From Candidatus Micrarchaeota archaeon (GTDB taxonomy: Archaea; Micrarchaeota; Micrarchaeia; Micrarchaeales; CABMGC01), in the NCBI GenBank assembly GCA_021796295.1, contig JAJYIA010000002.1, positions 1-41,250 of the forward strand: DNA of 41,250 nt, read 5' to 3'. Below, in pieces: positions 41,198 to 41,250 of the stretch. The stretch's first letter is position 1, and each line of letters opens with the position of its first letter. The notes under the pieces were generated by a model. The model saw only the letters and a program-made list of their open reading frames with translations, ran no database searches and had not been told where the DNA came from. The position numbers and the translations under genes are program-made.

Positions 41198-41250
41198 AGG
41201 ATATTGTTTCTACGCCGAACGTAAATTGAATTGTACGGACCTGAATAGCG

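Noticed and set aside
1-41250. CRISPR arrays, cas genes, rRNA genes
   Set aside because: No regularly spaced direct repeats were seen. The recurring hairpin elements are single copies at scattered gene junctions. There is no rRNA-like sequence, and no Cas or other recognised defence-protein motifs in the ORF track.

Overview
This is an archaeal chromosomal segment. It carries archaea-specific information-processing genes: aIF2-beta, aIF1A, aIF6, aEF-1beta, eS19, eL39, eL31, uL16/L10e, Rpo11/RpoL, Sec61-beta, a RIO kinase and an SRP RNA candidate. The core is visibly richer in GC than the two ends, which hold IS debris. At the left end (1-975) an IS630 tail and an IS630 N-terminal fragment abut an IS110 N-terminal fragment. 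At the right end there is an IS110 C-terminal remnant near 37.1 kb and an apparently intact IS1634-like IS at about 39.6-41.2 kb. Housekeeping genes include a DapL-type aminotransferase, LysA and an Lrp regulator; MTA phosphorylase and glutamine synthetase; ITPase; the Nnr repair enzyme; a NodU-type carbamoyltransferase; a GT-C glycosyltransferase; an M24 peptidase; and an Nre-type repair protein. RNA genes are tRNA-Arg(GCG), tRNA-Ser(GCU) with an apparent ~30-nt insertion in the D-arm, tRNA-Pro(CGG) and an SRP RNA candidate next to tRNA-Ser. The best candidate for a new system is a tightly packed eight-gene operon at 29981-34918. It encodes a signal-peptide protein with two hydrophobic helices (VirB2-pilin-like), a polytopic membrane protein (VirB6/CedA-like), a 2-TM plus soluble-domain protein followed by a separate Walker A/B ATPase (together resembling a split VirB3-VirB4), and four unrecognisable small, membrane or wHTH proteins. 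It has no relaxase, coupling protein or integrase, so it looks like a Ced/Ted-type DNA-transfer apparatus in a non-crenarchaeal background. Other notable signals: (1) a ~55-nt hairpin element in four copies, each starting on the stop codon of the upstream gene and ending in a GGTGA/GTGAGG Shine-Dalgarno-like motif; (2) a 150-nt hairpin-rich module in two copies at ~93% identity; (3) a composite of both that splits an RHH/RelE toxin-antitoxin pair; (4) a Ni-superoxide dismutase with its SodX protease; (5) an ankyrin-repeat protein; (6) a tandem Lrp/AsnC protein whose N-terminal domain resembles the N-terminus of the IS1634-like transposase in the same window. All functional calls come from reading motifs by eye in the ORF track and sequence. 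No database search, fold prediction or covariance model was run. Start codons and RNA ends are approximate.
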